From the IMG/VR virus record IMGVR_UViG_3300045988_061617, positions 21,424 through 85,423 of that record: a DNA stretch of 64,000 nt; one strand, given 5' to 3'. The position numbers and the translations under genes are program-made. This document shows positions 1 to 9,093 of this stretch, in pieces (position 1 is the stretch's first letter; the number at the start of each line of letters is the position of its first letter). Origin of the DNA: a virus. A model generated the notes under the pieces. That model was given only the letters and a program-made list of their open reading frames with translations, was not told where the DNA came from and did not search any database.

Positions 1-102
1 ACCCTTTGAACCAGTGTCGAATGAGAACTGGATTCTACTAAATACTCGACCTCGTTTGGAAACGTAATAACCAGGAAATCCTGGGATGTTATCTTTTTTC
101 AT
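1..102 (-). CDS. HNH_3 (I-HmuI-like) homing endonuclease, N-terminal fragment running off the left window edge
   Basis: The reverse complement of 1..102 reads MKKDNIPGFPGYYVSKRGRVFSRIQFSFDTGSKG. This closely matches the N-termini of the plus-strand HNH paralogs (MKDNIPGFMGYYVSKTGSVYS at 39225; MKKDNIPDYPNFYISKRGRVW at 46916). It is absent from the ORF track because no stop lies inside the window. Confidence 0.75.
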   Translation of the reverse strand, partial: MKKDNIPGFPGYYVSKRGRVFSRIQFSFDTGSKG

Positions 103-183
103 AGGTAATAATTTTGTATTTCAAAAGGAAATAGTACGAAGTCGTCTAAAGAGGTACCTAATCCAAGGTTACTAGTTTCAGCT

Positions 184-300
184 TTATATATAAAGTCTTA
201 TATATAAGTCCAAACACTGCCTTGAAATATATAGATATATAATATACTACGTATATATATCTATATATTTATCTGCGTATATATAGCTATTCATATATCA
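184..300. repeat. Cluster of (TA)n-core short direct repeats (iteron-like, AT-rich) in the divergent intergenic region
   Basis: Tandem TTATATATA(A)AGTC at 184-197 and 198-210. CGTATATATA at 250-259 and 276-285. Further TATATA blocks at 226-246, 262-268 and 292-297. At least seven (TA)3+ tracts fall within about 115 bp. Confidence 0.6.
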
Positions 301-312
301 TATCGTAAGTAG

Positions 313-320
313 TATATTTG
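313..320 (+). promoter_or_regulatory. Candidate Bacteroidota-type -7 promoter box TATATTTG upstream of the structural block
   Basis: GTATATTTGGATA at 312-324 matches TAnnTTTG. It shares GTATATTTG-(C/G)ATA with the boxes at 61910 (+) and 37642 (-). It lies about 97 nt upstream of the ATG at 417, implying a long leader. Confidence 0.35.
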
Positions 321-346
321 GATATTATCTCACTTCGTTCGATAAA

Positions 347-367
347 GGTAATCGCTTAGCGATTACC
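347..367 (+). promoter_or_regulatory. Perfect 9-bp stem / 3-nt loop hairpin in the putative leader
   Basis: GGTAATCGC tta GCGATTACC is a perfect inverted repeat. No T-tract follows, so it does not look like a classical terminator. Confidence 0.5.
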
Positions 368-416
368 GATTAGATAGTATCCTTAGCGTGTACGAACTTT
401 CCTAAAATTTTGAACC

Positions 417-1040
417 ATGAAGAATTTAAAGAATGCCTTGTTTATTGTACTTCTAGGATTTACTATTTACCTTTGCTTCAGGAATTACAAACTTTCTCGA
501 GAAGTTAATTCACTGGAACAAGCGATCAATGAAATCCCAGATACAGTTTACAAAGATAAACCTTTCATACCAGAGAAGAAATATTCTGAAGACATCGAAC
601 CAGGTAGGATCTTAATTTACAATAATAGGCAGTCAAACTTAAATGACACTCTCTTTTCCAATCCACTGTTAAGACAGCCAGTTATTAGTAAACAAGATTC
701 CCTGGTTCAGATGGTCTTAAAGAAGAATCAGTTAAACCTAAGTCTATTCAATCAACAGACTGGAACTTATTCCACTAGATTATTCAATATTGATCTAGAT
801 AAGTATAACTATAACTGGTATGAAGGTCAATTAACTCGGAAGAAAGTTGCAAGGTTATCACTTAAACCTTACGTTTACGGTAAGTACAGACCTTTCAATA
901 ATCTTTTCGATATGGGAGCTGGTCTTTCAATCAAGACTAAGAGATTTAATTACAAACTCGGAGTCAATACCTTTTACTATCCGAAGATAAAATCTGGGAT
1001 TGGTACTGACCTAGAATTTCAAATAACGTATAACTTTTAA
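417..1040 (+). CDS. Membrane-anchored or secreted protein with an outer-membrane beta-barrel-like C-terminus; function unknown
   Basis: N-terminal hydrophobic anchor ALFIVLLGFTIYLCF. The C-terminal third alternates hydrophobic and polar residues and ends in ...DLEFQITYNF, with a terminal aromatic as in OMP beta-signals. It sits where a small terminase would be expected but does not look like one. Confidence 0.35.
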   Translation: MKNLKNALFIVLLGFTIYLCFRNYKLSREVNSLEQAINEIPDTVYKDKPFIPEKKYSEDIEPGRILIYNNRQSNLNDTLFSNPLLRQPVISKQDSLVQMVLKKNQLNLSLFNQQTGTYSTRLFNIDLDKYNYNWYEGQLTRKKVARLSLKPYVYGKYRPFNNLFDMGAGLSIKTKRFNYKLGVNTFYYPKIKSGIGTDLEFQITYNF

Positions 1041-1042
1041 GT

Positions 1043-2545
1043 ATGGCAAAGACTATCTCAGAAACTAGAACTACTTTAACCAGAGAGGAATTAGCAAATC
1101 TTTCTCGAGTTTCAGTAGATGTTTTCTTTTTCAGTCTTTTCTGTAATGTGATACATCCGGTAAAAGGAAAAGTAAGATTCGAACTTTACCCATTTCAAAA
1201 ATCGGTTCTGTATAACTTTATTGCCCAACGTTTCAATATCATTCTTAAGTTTCGTCAGGCAGGTATTACAGAATTGATTTCTATGTACTGTCTTTGGTTG
1301 GCGATGTACCATCCCAACAAAAAGATAAACATTATCTCTATCAAAGACACCACCGCTAAAAAAGTACTAAAGAAGATCAAGTTTATGTACAAGAATCTTC
1401 CATGGTACCTTCAAACTCCCATAATAAACGGTAGAGTCGGTGAATACGGTTCTGCATCAATGATAGAATTCGATAATGGGTCTTTTATTGAATCAATTCC
1501 GACTTCCTCTGAAGCAGGTCGTTCGGAATCACTTTCCCTTTTGGTAATTGACGAAGCAGCAGTAGTTAGATGGGCAGCTCAAATCTGGGCAGCTGCTTTT
1601 CCTACTCTTTCCACTGGTGGAGCTGCCATCGTCAATTCCACTCCTTATGGAGTTGGTAATTTCTATCACTCAACCTGGGTAGATGCAATAGCTGGAGGCA
1701 ATCCCTTCAACCCCATTCGATTATATTGGCAGATGCACCCTGAACGAGATATACATTGGTATAATCAAATGTCTTCTGCACTGGGTGCAAAAAGAACAGC
1801 ACAAGAAATAGATGGTGACTTCTTGTCATCAGGTAATACAGTCTTCGACTTAGCTGATATTAAGGCTATCGAAGACTGCCTTAGTGATTATCCGGTTATA
1901 AAGAAAAGGTTTAATGGTCAATATAGGCAATTCTGTGAACCAGAACTGGATAAAGAATATTTTATTGGTGCTGACGTTGCAACTGGTAGAGCTTCTGACT
2001 ACTCATCATTTACTTGTATGGATAAGCAAGGAGAAGAACAATCAATATACAAAGGAAGAATGGCAGTAGGAGCTTATGCTAAACTACTTGGAGATACAGG
2101 TCAATTATATAATTGGGCTACTATAGCTCCAGAATCTAATGATGTTGGTTTGGCAGTAACTTCTAAGCTTCAAGATGAAGGATACCCAAAATTGTATTAC
2201 TACCAAAAGATGCTTAAGAAAAAGGGCAAGAGTAGACCAGAGATGGATCAATCACCAGGCTGGTTAACTACCCAAAAGAATCGTTCAGTGATAATAGAAA
2301 ACTTGGAAGAAGATATCAGAAATGATAATGTAATCATAAAGGACCCATTCTTCGTTCAGGAAGCTTATACTTTCATTTATGATGGTTTAGGTAGGCCTGT
2401 TGCAATGGGTAAGCATAGGGCAAATAACTCTGCCGTTGATGTAGACCTTGAAGGGGATGTTTATTCAGATGATGATATCTTTGGAAAAGCCATATGTAAT
2501 CACATAAGAAAAGGAAAAACTAATGTAATCGTACAACCAAGATGA
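1043..2545 (+). CDS. terL: Terminase large subunit
   Basis: Deviant Walker A KFRQAGIT (K-x4-G-x-T), Walker B LSLLVIDEAA, and a C-terminal RNase H-like nuclease region (IGADVATGRASDYSSF, IAPESNDVG). Stop/start overlap (ATGA) with the downstream portal gene. Confidence 0.85.
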   Translation: MAKTISETRTTLTREELANLSRVSVDVFFFSLFCNVIHPVKGKVRFELYPFQKSVLYNFIAQRFNIILKFRQAGITELISMYCLWLAMYHPNKKINIISIKDTTAKKVLKKIKFMYKNLPWYLQTPIINGRVGEYGSASMIEFDNGSFIESIPTSSEAGRSESLSLLVIDEAAVVRWAAQIWAAAFPTLSTGGAAIVNSTPYGVGNFYHSTWVDAIAGGNPFNPIRLYWQMHPERDIHWYNQMSSALGAKRTAQEIDGDFLSSGNTVFDLADIKAIEDCLSDYPVIKKRFNGQYRQFCEPELDKEYFIGADVATGRASDYSSFTCMDKQGEEQSIYKGRMAVGAYAKLLGDTGQLYNWATIAPESNDVGLAVTSKLQDEGYPKLYYYQKMLKKKGKSRPEMDQSPGWLTTQKNRSVIIENLEEDIRNDNVIIKDPFFVQEAYTFIYDGLGRPVAMGKHRANNSAVDVDLEGDVYSDDDIFGKAICNHIRKGKTNVIVQPR

Positions 2546-4032
2546 AAAAGTACTTTAATTTTAATTGGGTTTGGGGACGTAAGAAGGACCCTCCCAAAGA
2601 TGGTACCTCTTCTAATAAGGAGCCAAAACCTAATACTCCAATATCACCGGGTAGAGTTTCAGTTGACGATGATAGCACTAACTTTATCACATCATTACAA
2701 GGGTTAACTAAATTAGTTGAACCCTCTTTTCGTGTTGATGTAATACCTTTAATTCGAGATTTATACAAGGTAAATCCAGATATGGGGATTGCATTGCAGG
2801 ATATGTTTAAGTTAGCTAACACCAGTCATACTGTAACTTTCCCAAATAATACTGATGAAGAGGCTTCTAAGATGAGAGATCACCTTAAAAAAGCAACTAA
2901 GGGATGGACTAGATATACTGCTGGTATAGATGGTTTAGTTAATAAAATGATTGTTCAACTTCTTGTAAGTGGGGCAATATCTGTAGAAGGAGTCCCAAAT
3001 GATAAACTCAATGGTTTAGCTACTGTATTATTCCTTAAACCAGAATATATCAAGTTTAAACGGGAATTAAATGGGGTGTATTCCCCTTACCAAAAGAATA
3101 ATAATTACTTGGTTAAGAAACAAGATTACATCAAGCTTAACCCAGAAACTTATTTCTATGTTGGTATGTTTAATGATACAGATGAACCTTATGGAGTTCC
3201 TCCTTTTATGCCCGCCCTAGATTCTCTCAAAGGTCAAAATGATATGAAGATTAATTTCAAACATATCATGGAGATTTGTGGTATGGTGGGTTTCCTAGAA
3301 GCTAAGATGCAGAAATCACCTCAAAGGGCTAATGAAAGCATGGGTTCTTATGAATCTCGATTAAATAGAGAACTTAACCTTTTAAAACGAAATGTTAAGG
3401 AAGGTATGAAGGATGGAGTTGTTGCTGGTTATATTGATGACCATGAATTTAAACTCAATTCTACTACCAAGGAACTTGGTAATATCGAAAAGCCATGGAA
3501 TATGAATCAACAATCCGTAGCTAATGGCTTGGGAGTTAATGGTTCTATTATTGGGGTATCTGCTACTACTGGTGAAGGTGCAACGGGTATAATGTTATCT
3601 AAGATGATTAGCCAGTTAAAAAATATCCAAATGCTTGTAGCTTATGTATTAGACCGACTTTATTCTCTAGAACTGCGTCTGGCAGGCTTTAATAATAAGG
3701 GAATGAAGATTGATTGGGGAACTTCTACAGTTTCTGATGAAGTTAAAATCCAACAAGGTCTTCAATATAAGATACAAAATCTTGATTTACTTTATAAGGC
3801 TGGTATTATTAGCCAAGAACAGTATGCTTGGGCAATGGGCTATGATTCACCAGATGAAGATGAACCAAGAGTTTCACTTGAGGACCAATTTGCCAAGGGA
3901 GGTAATACCGATCTTCAGGAGGGAACTAAGAAGAAACAAAGGCAAGATGATAAAAACCAATCTGCCCGTAGGTCAAGAGATAAAGCAAATCCGGCTCCTT
4001 CTCGAGGAGACCAAAATACTAAAGCAAGATGA
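2542..4032 (+). CDS. Portal protein
   Basis: 496 aa, translationally coupled directly after terL, with a charged disordered C-terminal tail. The terminase-portal-protease/scaffold-capsid order is canonical. Confidence 0.7.
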   Translation: MKKYFNFNWVWGRKKDPPKDGTSSNKEPKPNTPISPGRVSVDDDSTNFITSLQGLTKLVEPSFRVDVIPLIRDLYKVNPDMGIALQDMFKLANTSHTVTFPNNTDEEASKMRDHLKKATKGWTRYTAGIDGLVNKMIVQLLVSGAISVEGVPNDKLNGLATVLFLKPEYIKFKRELNGVYSPYQKNNNYLVKKQDYIKLNPETYFYVGMFNDTDEPYGVPPFMPALDSLKGQNDMKINFKHIMEICGMVGFLEAKMQKSPQRANESMGSYESRLNRELNLLKRNVKEGMKDGVVAGYIDDHEFKLNSTTKELGNIEKPWNMNQQSVANGLGVNGSIIGVSATTGEGATGIMLSKMISQLKNIQMLVAYVLDRLYSLELRLAGFNNKGMKIDWGTSTVSDEVKIQQGLQYKIQNLDLLYKAGIISQEQYAWAMGYDSPDEDEPRVSLEDQFAKGGNTDLQEGTKKKQRQDDKNQSARRSRDKANPAPSRGDQNTKAR

Positions 4033-5540
4033 GTAAATTTACAAAGAAAAACAAAGAGCATCTTGATTCTATGGTGATAGGTCAAGGACATACCATTATG
4101 GCTGGGTATATCCCAGAAGCAGTGGGAGCCCAGACTTTCTCAGAGAATTATTATAAGTGGAAGAATCCTACACCGGATTCTATTGCTCAATTTGGATTTT
4201 GGGGAGGGGATATAGATTATAATACCTATTACCCTAACCTGGATAAATCTGAATTAACTCCTAAAGACGAGGAATTTATTGAGCCAATGTTTAGATTACT
4301 TTCGGAAACGATAGTATCTAAGAATTGGAATCCAACGGATTTTGGTCAAAATGGAGTATTAAAAGCATCTATGAGAATGTTACTTGGTCAAACAGTAAAT
4401 TGTGATCATGAAACAAACATAGGTAATGCTATTGGGGCTGTATCTCAGGTAATGTGGCAAGAATCCTATAAAGATGGTAGCTTTACTATACCTGCAGGTA
4501 TTAACGGTATTCTAAAGATTGATGGTAAAGCTAATCCTAGAATTGCTAGAGGTATCCTTATGGAACCACCTTCAATCCATAGTAATTCGGTTACTGTGCA
4601 ATTTAAGTGGGATAAATCTCATCCCCAAATGGAAGATAATGAATTCTATCAGAAACTTGGTACCTATGACTCTAAGGGAGTAATGGTACGTAGAATAGTT
4701 ACTGAAGTAGTTCGTTATTTGGAGACCTCATTGGTATCACATGGAGCTGATTCTTTTGCTCAAAAAATTGGTTCTGATGGTAAAATTATCAATCCGACTC
4801 TTGCTAAAAGGACTTGGGCATCATACGAAGAATATAGAGATGATAAATCTAAGCAATACTTTTTTACGGATTATAAATCTGACTTAACTTCATATCAAGA
4901 AAAGAACGATACTCAAAGTTCTTTTAATGATAATGATACCCAGGATAATCATTCAAACGAAAATAATATGAACGAATTAGAAAAATTTCTCGAAAGCCTT
5001 TTTGGGGATAATATGCTTGCCCTTGAGGAAGGTAAAGAAATGAATCAGGAAAATGTAATTGCCTGTATTCAAAATTTGGTATCATCCAGAAACGAGTTGC
5101 AAACTTCAGTAGATAATCTTACTACAGAGAAAAATTCTCTTACAGAACAGGTTACTAACTTGAATGCAGAAGTAGCTAATCTTAAAGAGATGGCAACTGT
5201 AGGAAAGAATCATATTGCTTCTCTCCGTGAAGATGCCGTAGCAACTTATAAAAAGTTGATGGGTGATAAAGCAGATGAAACCATTGTTACAATGCTTAAT
5301 GCAGAAACAACTGGTATTACTACTCTTGTTTCCTTGACTAAGGATTACCAAGTTCGCTTGGAAGAGAAGTTCCCTCTCACTTGCTCTAAGTGTGGTTCTA
5401 AGGATGTTAACCGTGCTTCTTCTCTTACTGAGGATTACAACCAAGATAGGGGTAGTAAAGGTACGGATACAAACCAAAACTCTGAATCATCGAGTACTAA
5501 GAATGTAATCGATAATCTCTATCGAAACAAAATCAAATAA
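4029..5540 (+). CDS. Putative prohead protease / scaffolding fusion protein
   Basis: Lies between portal and capsid. A globular N-terminal half is followed by a long heptad-like coiled coil (NELQTSVDNLTTEKNSLTEQVTNLNAEVANLKE), as in Mu gpI/gpZ-type protease-scaffold genes. No catalytic motif was verified. Confidence 0.4.
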   Translation: MSKFTKKNKEHLDSMVIGQGHTIMAGYIPEAVGAQTFSENYYKWKNPTPDSIAQFGFWGGDIDYNTYYPNLDKSELTPKDEEFIEPMFRLLSETIVSKNWNPTDFGQNGVLKASMRMLLGQTVNCDHETNIGNAIGAVSQVMWQESYKDGSFTIPAGINGILKIDGKANPRIARGILMEPPSIHSNSVTVQFKWDKSHPQMEDNEFYQKLGTYDSKGVMVRRIVTEVVRYLETSLVSHGADSFAQKIGSDGKIINPTLAKRTWASYEEYRDDKSKQYFFTDYKSDLTSYQEKNDTQSSFNDNDTQDNHSNENNMNELEKFLESLFGDNMLALEEGKEMNQENVIACIQNLVSSRNELQTSVDNLTTEKNSLTEQVTNLNAEVANLKEMATVGKNHIASLREDAVATYKKLMGDKADETIVTMLNAETTGITTLVSLTKDYQVRLEEKFPLTCSKCGSKDVNRASSLTEDYNQDRGSKGTDTNQNSESSSTKNVIDNLYRNKIK

Positions 5541-5565
5541 GTAATCATAATAAATAATCCGCATT

Positions 5566-6036
5566 ATGGAAACAACGAAAATCGTAAATGATCCTCAGCA
5601 ACTTACTCTCTTTGGAGAAAGAACTCCGAGAGCGGTGATTTACAAGAGTGAATCTCACAAATTGCATCAGGCTTTCAATGTTAAATCTGGAGAGAAAATT
5701 GTACAGGGTATGCCCGTAGCTTTGAATAAAGATGGTTTAATTTACCCCTGTACTGATACCACTACTCAAGTTTACTTGGGTGTAGCAGTAACAGACAATG
5801 TTAACCCTGCTTATCAGCCTCAAAGAGACTTCCCAGTAGAAGTAACAGTGGCCGTAGAAGGTTACATGATTTGTAACTGGGTATCTAACGGAACTATCGA
5901 AGCTGGATATGTAACTCCATCTGGAGATTTACTTAATGACCGTTTCGTTAAGGCTAACCAAGCTATTTCAACTCCGTTCATTGCCCTCAATCCTGCAGAA
6001 GAGGCAAATGAGGTAATTCAAGTACTCATTAAATAA
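5566..6036 (+). CDS. Small head protein (decoration / DUF2190-like position), function uncertain
   Basis: 156-aa ORF immediately upstream of the major capsid gene. The assignment is by position only. Confidence 0.25.
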   Translation: METTKIVNDPQQLTLFGERTPRAVIYKSESHKLHQAFNVKSGEKIVQGMPVALNKDGLIYPCTDTTTQVYLGVAVTDNVNPAYQPQRDFPVEVTVAVEGYMICNWVSNGTIEAGYVTPSGDLLNDRFVKANQAISTPFIALNPAEEANEVIQVLIK

Positions 6037-6050
6037 GAGAAAAAGAAATT

Positions 6051-7172
6051 ATGGAAAATAAAATTGATATTACAAAGTTGAAAGCTCAGGATTTTATGAA
6101 TGAGCTGCCGGAAATGGTAAGAAGCTTGGAAGCTGTTCGTTCCGGTTCACAGGACAAGAAGCCAGTAGAAGTAACCCTTGGAGAATTGGTTACAGGTAAA
6201 TGGGGTATTACAGAAGATGAACTGTTTGAAAAGATGGGTATCAATCCAAAAGTTGATACGATGCAGAATATCTTTACTATGCCTCAGCAGAATATCCGTT
6301 GGATTGTTCCGGAAATTATCCGTGCTGCTATTACTCTGGGCATGCGTCAGGCTCCATTCTATCCGAACATTATTGCATCTGACCAACCTATCAATGGTTT
6401 GCAAGCAATCATGCCGATGGTTAATATGTCGGATGCTGCTCCTGCTAAGGTTAACGAAGCAGAAACTATCCCGTTGGGAGATGTTAGCTTCGGACAAAAA
6501 TCGGTTAGCCTTTTCAAAATTGGAAAAGGTTTCAAACTTACTGATGAAGTTCGTAACTACGTTTCACTCGATGTCCTGGGAATTTACCTTCGTGATTTTG
6601 GTGTTCAGTTGGGCTATGCTTTGGATACTTTGGCTATGGACGTGGCTATTAATGGTAACAAGGCTGATGGATCCGAGTCTGCTCCAGTAATTGGTGTATA
6701 CGAAACATCCAATGGAATCACTTACAAAGATTTGCTTCATATTTGGGTTCGTGCTGCTCGTATGGGCCGTAGCTTTACTACTATGATCGGTGGTGAAGAT
6801 CAGTCTATCGAAATGCTTAATTTGCCAGAATTCAAAGACCGTCATTCCGGTACTACTGAAGCTACACTGAATGTGAAGTCTCCAGTACCTAAGAATGCAG
6901 ACTTCTACATCCATCCGGGTACCCCTGCACAACAGCTATTGTTGATTGATACTTCCGCTGCTTTGATTAAGCTGACTGCTAAACAGTTGATGTTGGAATC
7001 AGAAAGAATCGTTTCTAACCAAACAGAAGCTGTATATGCAAGCTTAACTACCGGCTTCTCTAAGATGTACCATGATGCTGCACTCTTGTTGGCTGCAGAT
7101 AAGAAGTTTACAGAATTCGGATTCCCCGATTTCATGAATGTAGACCCATATCTGATGGTTAACCTTGAATAA
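6051..7172 (+). CDS. Major capsid protein (HK97 fold expected)
   Basis: 373 aa at the canonical position after protease/scaffold, followed by a strong intrinsic terminator. Codon usage looks cleaner than its neighbours, consistent with a highly expressed gene. Confidence 0.75.
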   Translation: MENKIDITKLKAQDFMNELPEMVRSLEAVRSGSQDKKPVEVTLGELVTGKWGITEDELFEKMGINPKVDTMQNIFTMPQQNIRWIVPEIIRAAITLGMRQAPFYPNIIASDQPINGLQAIMPMVNMSDAAPAKVNEAETIPLGDVSFGQKSVSLFKIGKGFKLTDEVRNYVSLDVLGIYLRDFGVQLGYALDTLAMDVAINGNKADGSESAPVIGVYETSNGITYKDLLHIWVRAARMGRSFTTMIGGEDQSIEMLNLPEFKDRHSGTTEATLNVKSPVPKNADFYIHPGTPAQQLLLIDTSAALIKLTAKQLMLESERIVSNQTEAVYASLTTGFSKMYHDAALLLAADKKFTEFGFPDFMNVDPYLMVNLE

Positions 7173-7201
7173 TAAGGCGCCCGGTTATCTATATAATTCC
7201 A

Positions 7202-7239
7202 AGAGGTGGTTTAGGGATAAAAACCCTACCCCTCTTTTC
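7202..7239 (+). terminator. Rho-independent terminator after the capsid gene
   Basis: AGAGGTGGTTTAGGG ataaaaa CCCTACCCCTCT followed by TTTTC. The stem is about 11-13 bp and GC-rich, with small bulges. Confidence 0.7.
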
Positions 7240-7277
7240 ATTTAAAACCCTATTATTATTTTTAAATATTAGAAAAC

Positions 7278-7679
7278 ATGGCTAAAGAAAAATATATTGT
7301 AACAGTTGGGCCGAGAGCTTTTAGTTTTCATGACCAATCAACTGGTATTACCGTTTGCAAAGGAGAAGAAATAGAATTAACTCGTCGTCAATATCTTACT
7401 TCAAAAATACAGAAGTCACTTGCTTCAGGCCATCTTATTTTGGTGATGGACAAAACTCAGATAGAAAAGTACTCTGAGGCAGACATAGAAAAAATGGATA
7501 AGAGGCTTATGGCTCAGTTTAAAAAGGGTATGACTTTGGAAAAACTACAGAAGGCTTATTCTCTTGAAGAACTGAAGTTAATAGCTTCTGTTCATGAGAT
7601 AGTAGTAGAAAAAGAGGATACCCTTGAAACTATCTTGCAAGCTCTGTATGAAGATTTTGAAGAATCAAGCAAAGGGTAA
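7278..7679 (+). CDS. Hypothetical protein (head module)
   Basis: 133-aa ORF with no competing ORF. No motif recognised. Confidence 0.6.
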   Translation: MAKEKYIVTVGPRAFSFHDQSTGITVCKGEEIELTRRQYLTSKIQKSLASGHLILVMDKTQIEKYSEADIEKMDKRLMAQFKKGMTLEKLQKAYSLEELKLIASVHEIVVEKEDTLETILQALYEDFEESSKG

Positions 7680-7709
7680 CCAATGAAACTTATATAGAGA
7701 CATACTAAT

Positions 7710-8606
7710 ATGAAAAGCAATCTAGACTTTATATATGTTACGTCAGGTTTGCAAGTTTCATTTAGAGTTATATCCAAAGTCCCGGCCAAATCCATTTTTG
7801 ACTGGGACTTTGGCGATGATAATGGGGAGGTTTTCAATGGTGGAAGGCTTGTTTCCTATTCTTATGAAACTCCAGGTTTTTATACTGTAACCTTACATGT
7901 AACTAATTCTGAAGGTTTAGATATCAGTGTAGATAGAACTTTGGTTATTTGCGATTATGGGCATACTGTACTATCAGATTCCATTTATAACCTTATTGAT
8001 AGGTATATTCCCGAGGAAATATCTAAAGGTATGACCAGAGAGGATAAATCTATCTACATCACCAAATGGCAATATTATATTGGACCACTAGTAAATCATG
8101 TAATTCCCAAGGATAAATATACTGACGAATTATGGTATGAAGCACTAGAAAACCAATTAATAATGGAATTGGCTGCATGGGACTTTCTAAATGTGAAGAT
8201 ACTTAATTTATTAACGAGTACTTCTGAATACCTAAGTCAATTAACTTCTACAAAAGAACAAACTGGTGATGGTACTTCTAAACCTGAACTTGCCCGAGGT
8301 GATAGAATAAAACAGATCACTACTGGGCCTACTGAAGTTCAATATTATGACCAATTGGCAGATTCTGCAAGCTCACTATGGAAAACACTTTCTCAAGCGA
8401 TGCAACCTGGTGGTCTAATAGATGAATTAAGAAAGAACCTTTGTACATTAGCTTCAAGATTAGAGATCTACTTACCCTTCTGTGATGAAGTATTTAGAAC
8501 AGTAGTTCCAAGGGTAGTTAATAAAAGACAACCTGGAATATTGGATGGACCTAATCCAAGTGCACCTGTCAAAGGAGGTAATAGTAAACTTTTAATTAAA
8601 GAGTAA
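7710..8606 (+). CDS. PKD (Ig-like) domain-containing virion protein
   Basis: The N-terminal stretch FDWDFGDDNGEVFNGGRLVSYSYETPGFYTVTLHVTNSEG is the classic PKD signature (WDFGDG ... Y.Y...G.Y.V.L.V.N..G). Confidence 0.6.
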   Translation: MKSNLDFIYVTSGLQVSFRVISKVPAKSIFDWDFGDDNGEVFNGGRLVSYSYETPGFYTVTLHVTNSEGLDISVDRTLVICDYGHTVLSDSIYNLIDRYIPEEISKGMTREDKSIYITKWQYYIGPLVNHVIPKDKYTDELWYEALENQLIMELAAWDFLNVKILNLLTSTSEYLSQLTSTKEQTGDGTSKPELARGDRIKQITTGPTEVQYYDQLADSASSLWKTLSQAMQPGGLIDELRKNLCTLASRLEIYLPFCDEVFRTVVPRVVNKRQPGILDGPNPSAPVKGGNSKLLIKE

Positions 8607-9082
8607 TGACGAAAGAACCCTGGAGAATGGTTAAGAACCGCTCTTGGGATAGATACAAGAAAATTATCACTGATTTCTTAGATTGGGATGCCGGTAGACA
8701 AACCATAACTTGGGCTAAGCATGTTAATCAACTTCTTAGCCATGCAGAAGATAGTACTCCTAAATATTATAATATCCCCATAGAAGCTTTATGTTACTAC
8801 AATGCTTTCAGAAACTGGCCTATAAATAAGGCAACAGTTACTGGAGAATTAGATGATGAAAACTTATCAATACTAATTTCTAAATCATATATAGAAAACA
8901 TCGGTTATCTTACACCGGAAGGCTATTGGGATTTTAATTGGGAACAGGATAGATTTATAATCAATGGGATTACTTATAAACCATCTGGTGATACTCAAAC
9001 TGCTCAAGCTAAGGATGAGGCTTTAGTTTTCATGGTTATCCTAAAGAGAGACCGAGATACGAATGTAGAATTTGTAGAATAA
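8606..9082 (+). CDS. Hypothetical protein (possible head-tail connector component)
   Basis: 158-aa ORF, start overlapping the previous stop (TAATG). Assigned by position only. Confidence 0.5.
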   Translation: MTKEPWRMVKNRSWDRYKKIITDFLDWDAGRQTITWAKHVNQLLSHAEDSTPKYYNIPIEALCYYNAFRNWPINKATVTGELDDENLSILISKSYIENIGYLTPEGYWDFNWEQDRFIINGITYKPSGDTQTAQAKDEALVFMVILKRDRDTNVEFVE

Positions 9083-9093
9083 AAATTAAGTAT

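Noticed and set aside
103-416. Looked for tRNA genes in the two longest non-coding regions (103-416 and 37643-37788)
   Set aside because: No acceptor-stem/T-arm (GTTCRANYC-like) arrangement or cloverleaf-compatible pairing was found by eye. A tRNAscan-type run would be needed for certainty.
417-1040. Calling this ORF the small terminase subunit because of its position upstream of terL
   Set aside because: The product has an N-terminal membrane anchor and a beta-rich C-terminus. It lacks the DNA-binding HTH and oligomerisation helices expected of TerS.
3710-4036. 108-aa alternative-frame ORF at the 3' end of the portal gene
   Set aside because: It is fully embedded in the portal ORF and its product is of low complexity and basic. 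It is most likely a frame shadow.
6147-7135. ORFs nested in or antisense to the major capsid gene (6178-6690 +, 6147-6497 -, 6564-6932 -, 6905-7135 -)
   Set aside because: All lie entirely inside the well-supported capsid ORF. Their translations are Leu/Cys/Ser/Arg-rich and of low complexity, typical of off-frame shadows of a strongly codon-biased gene.
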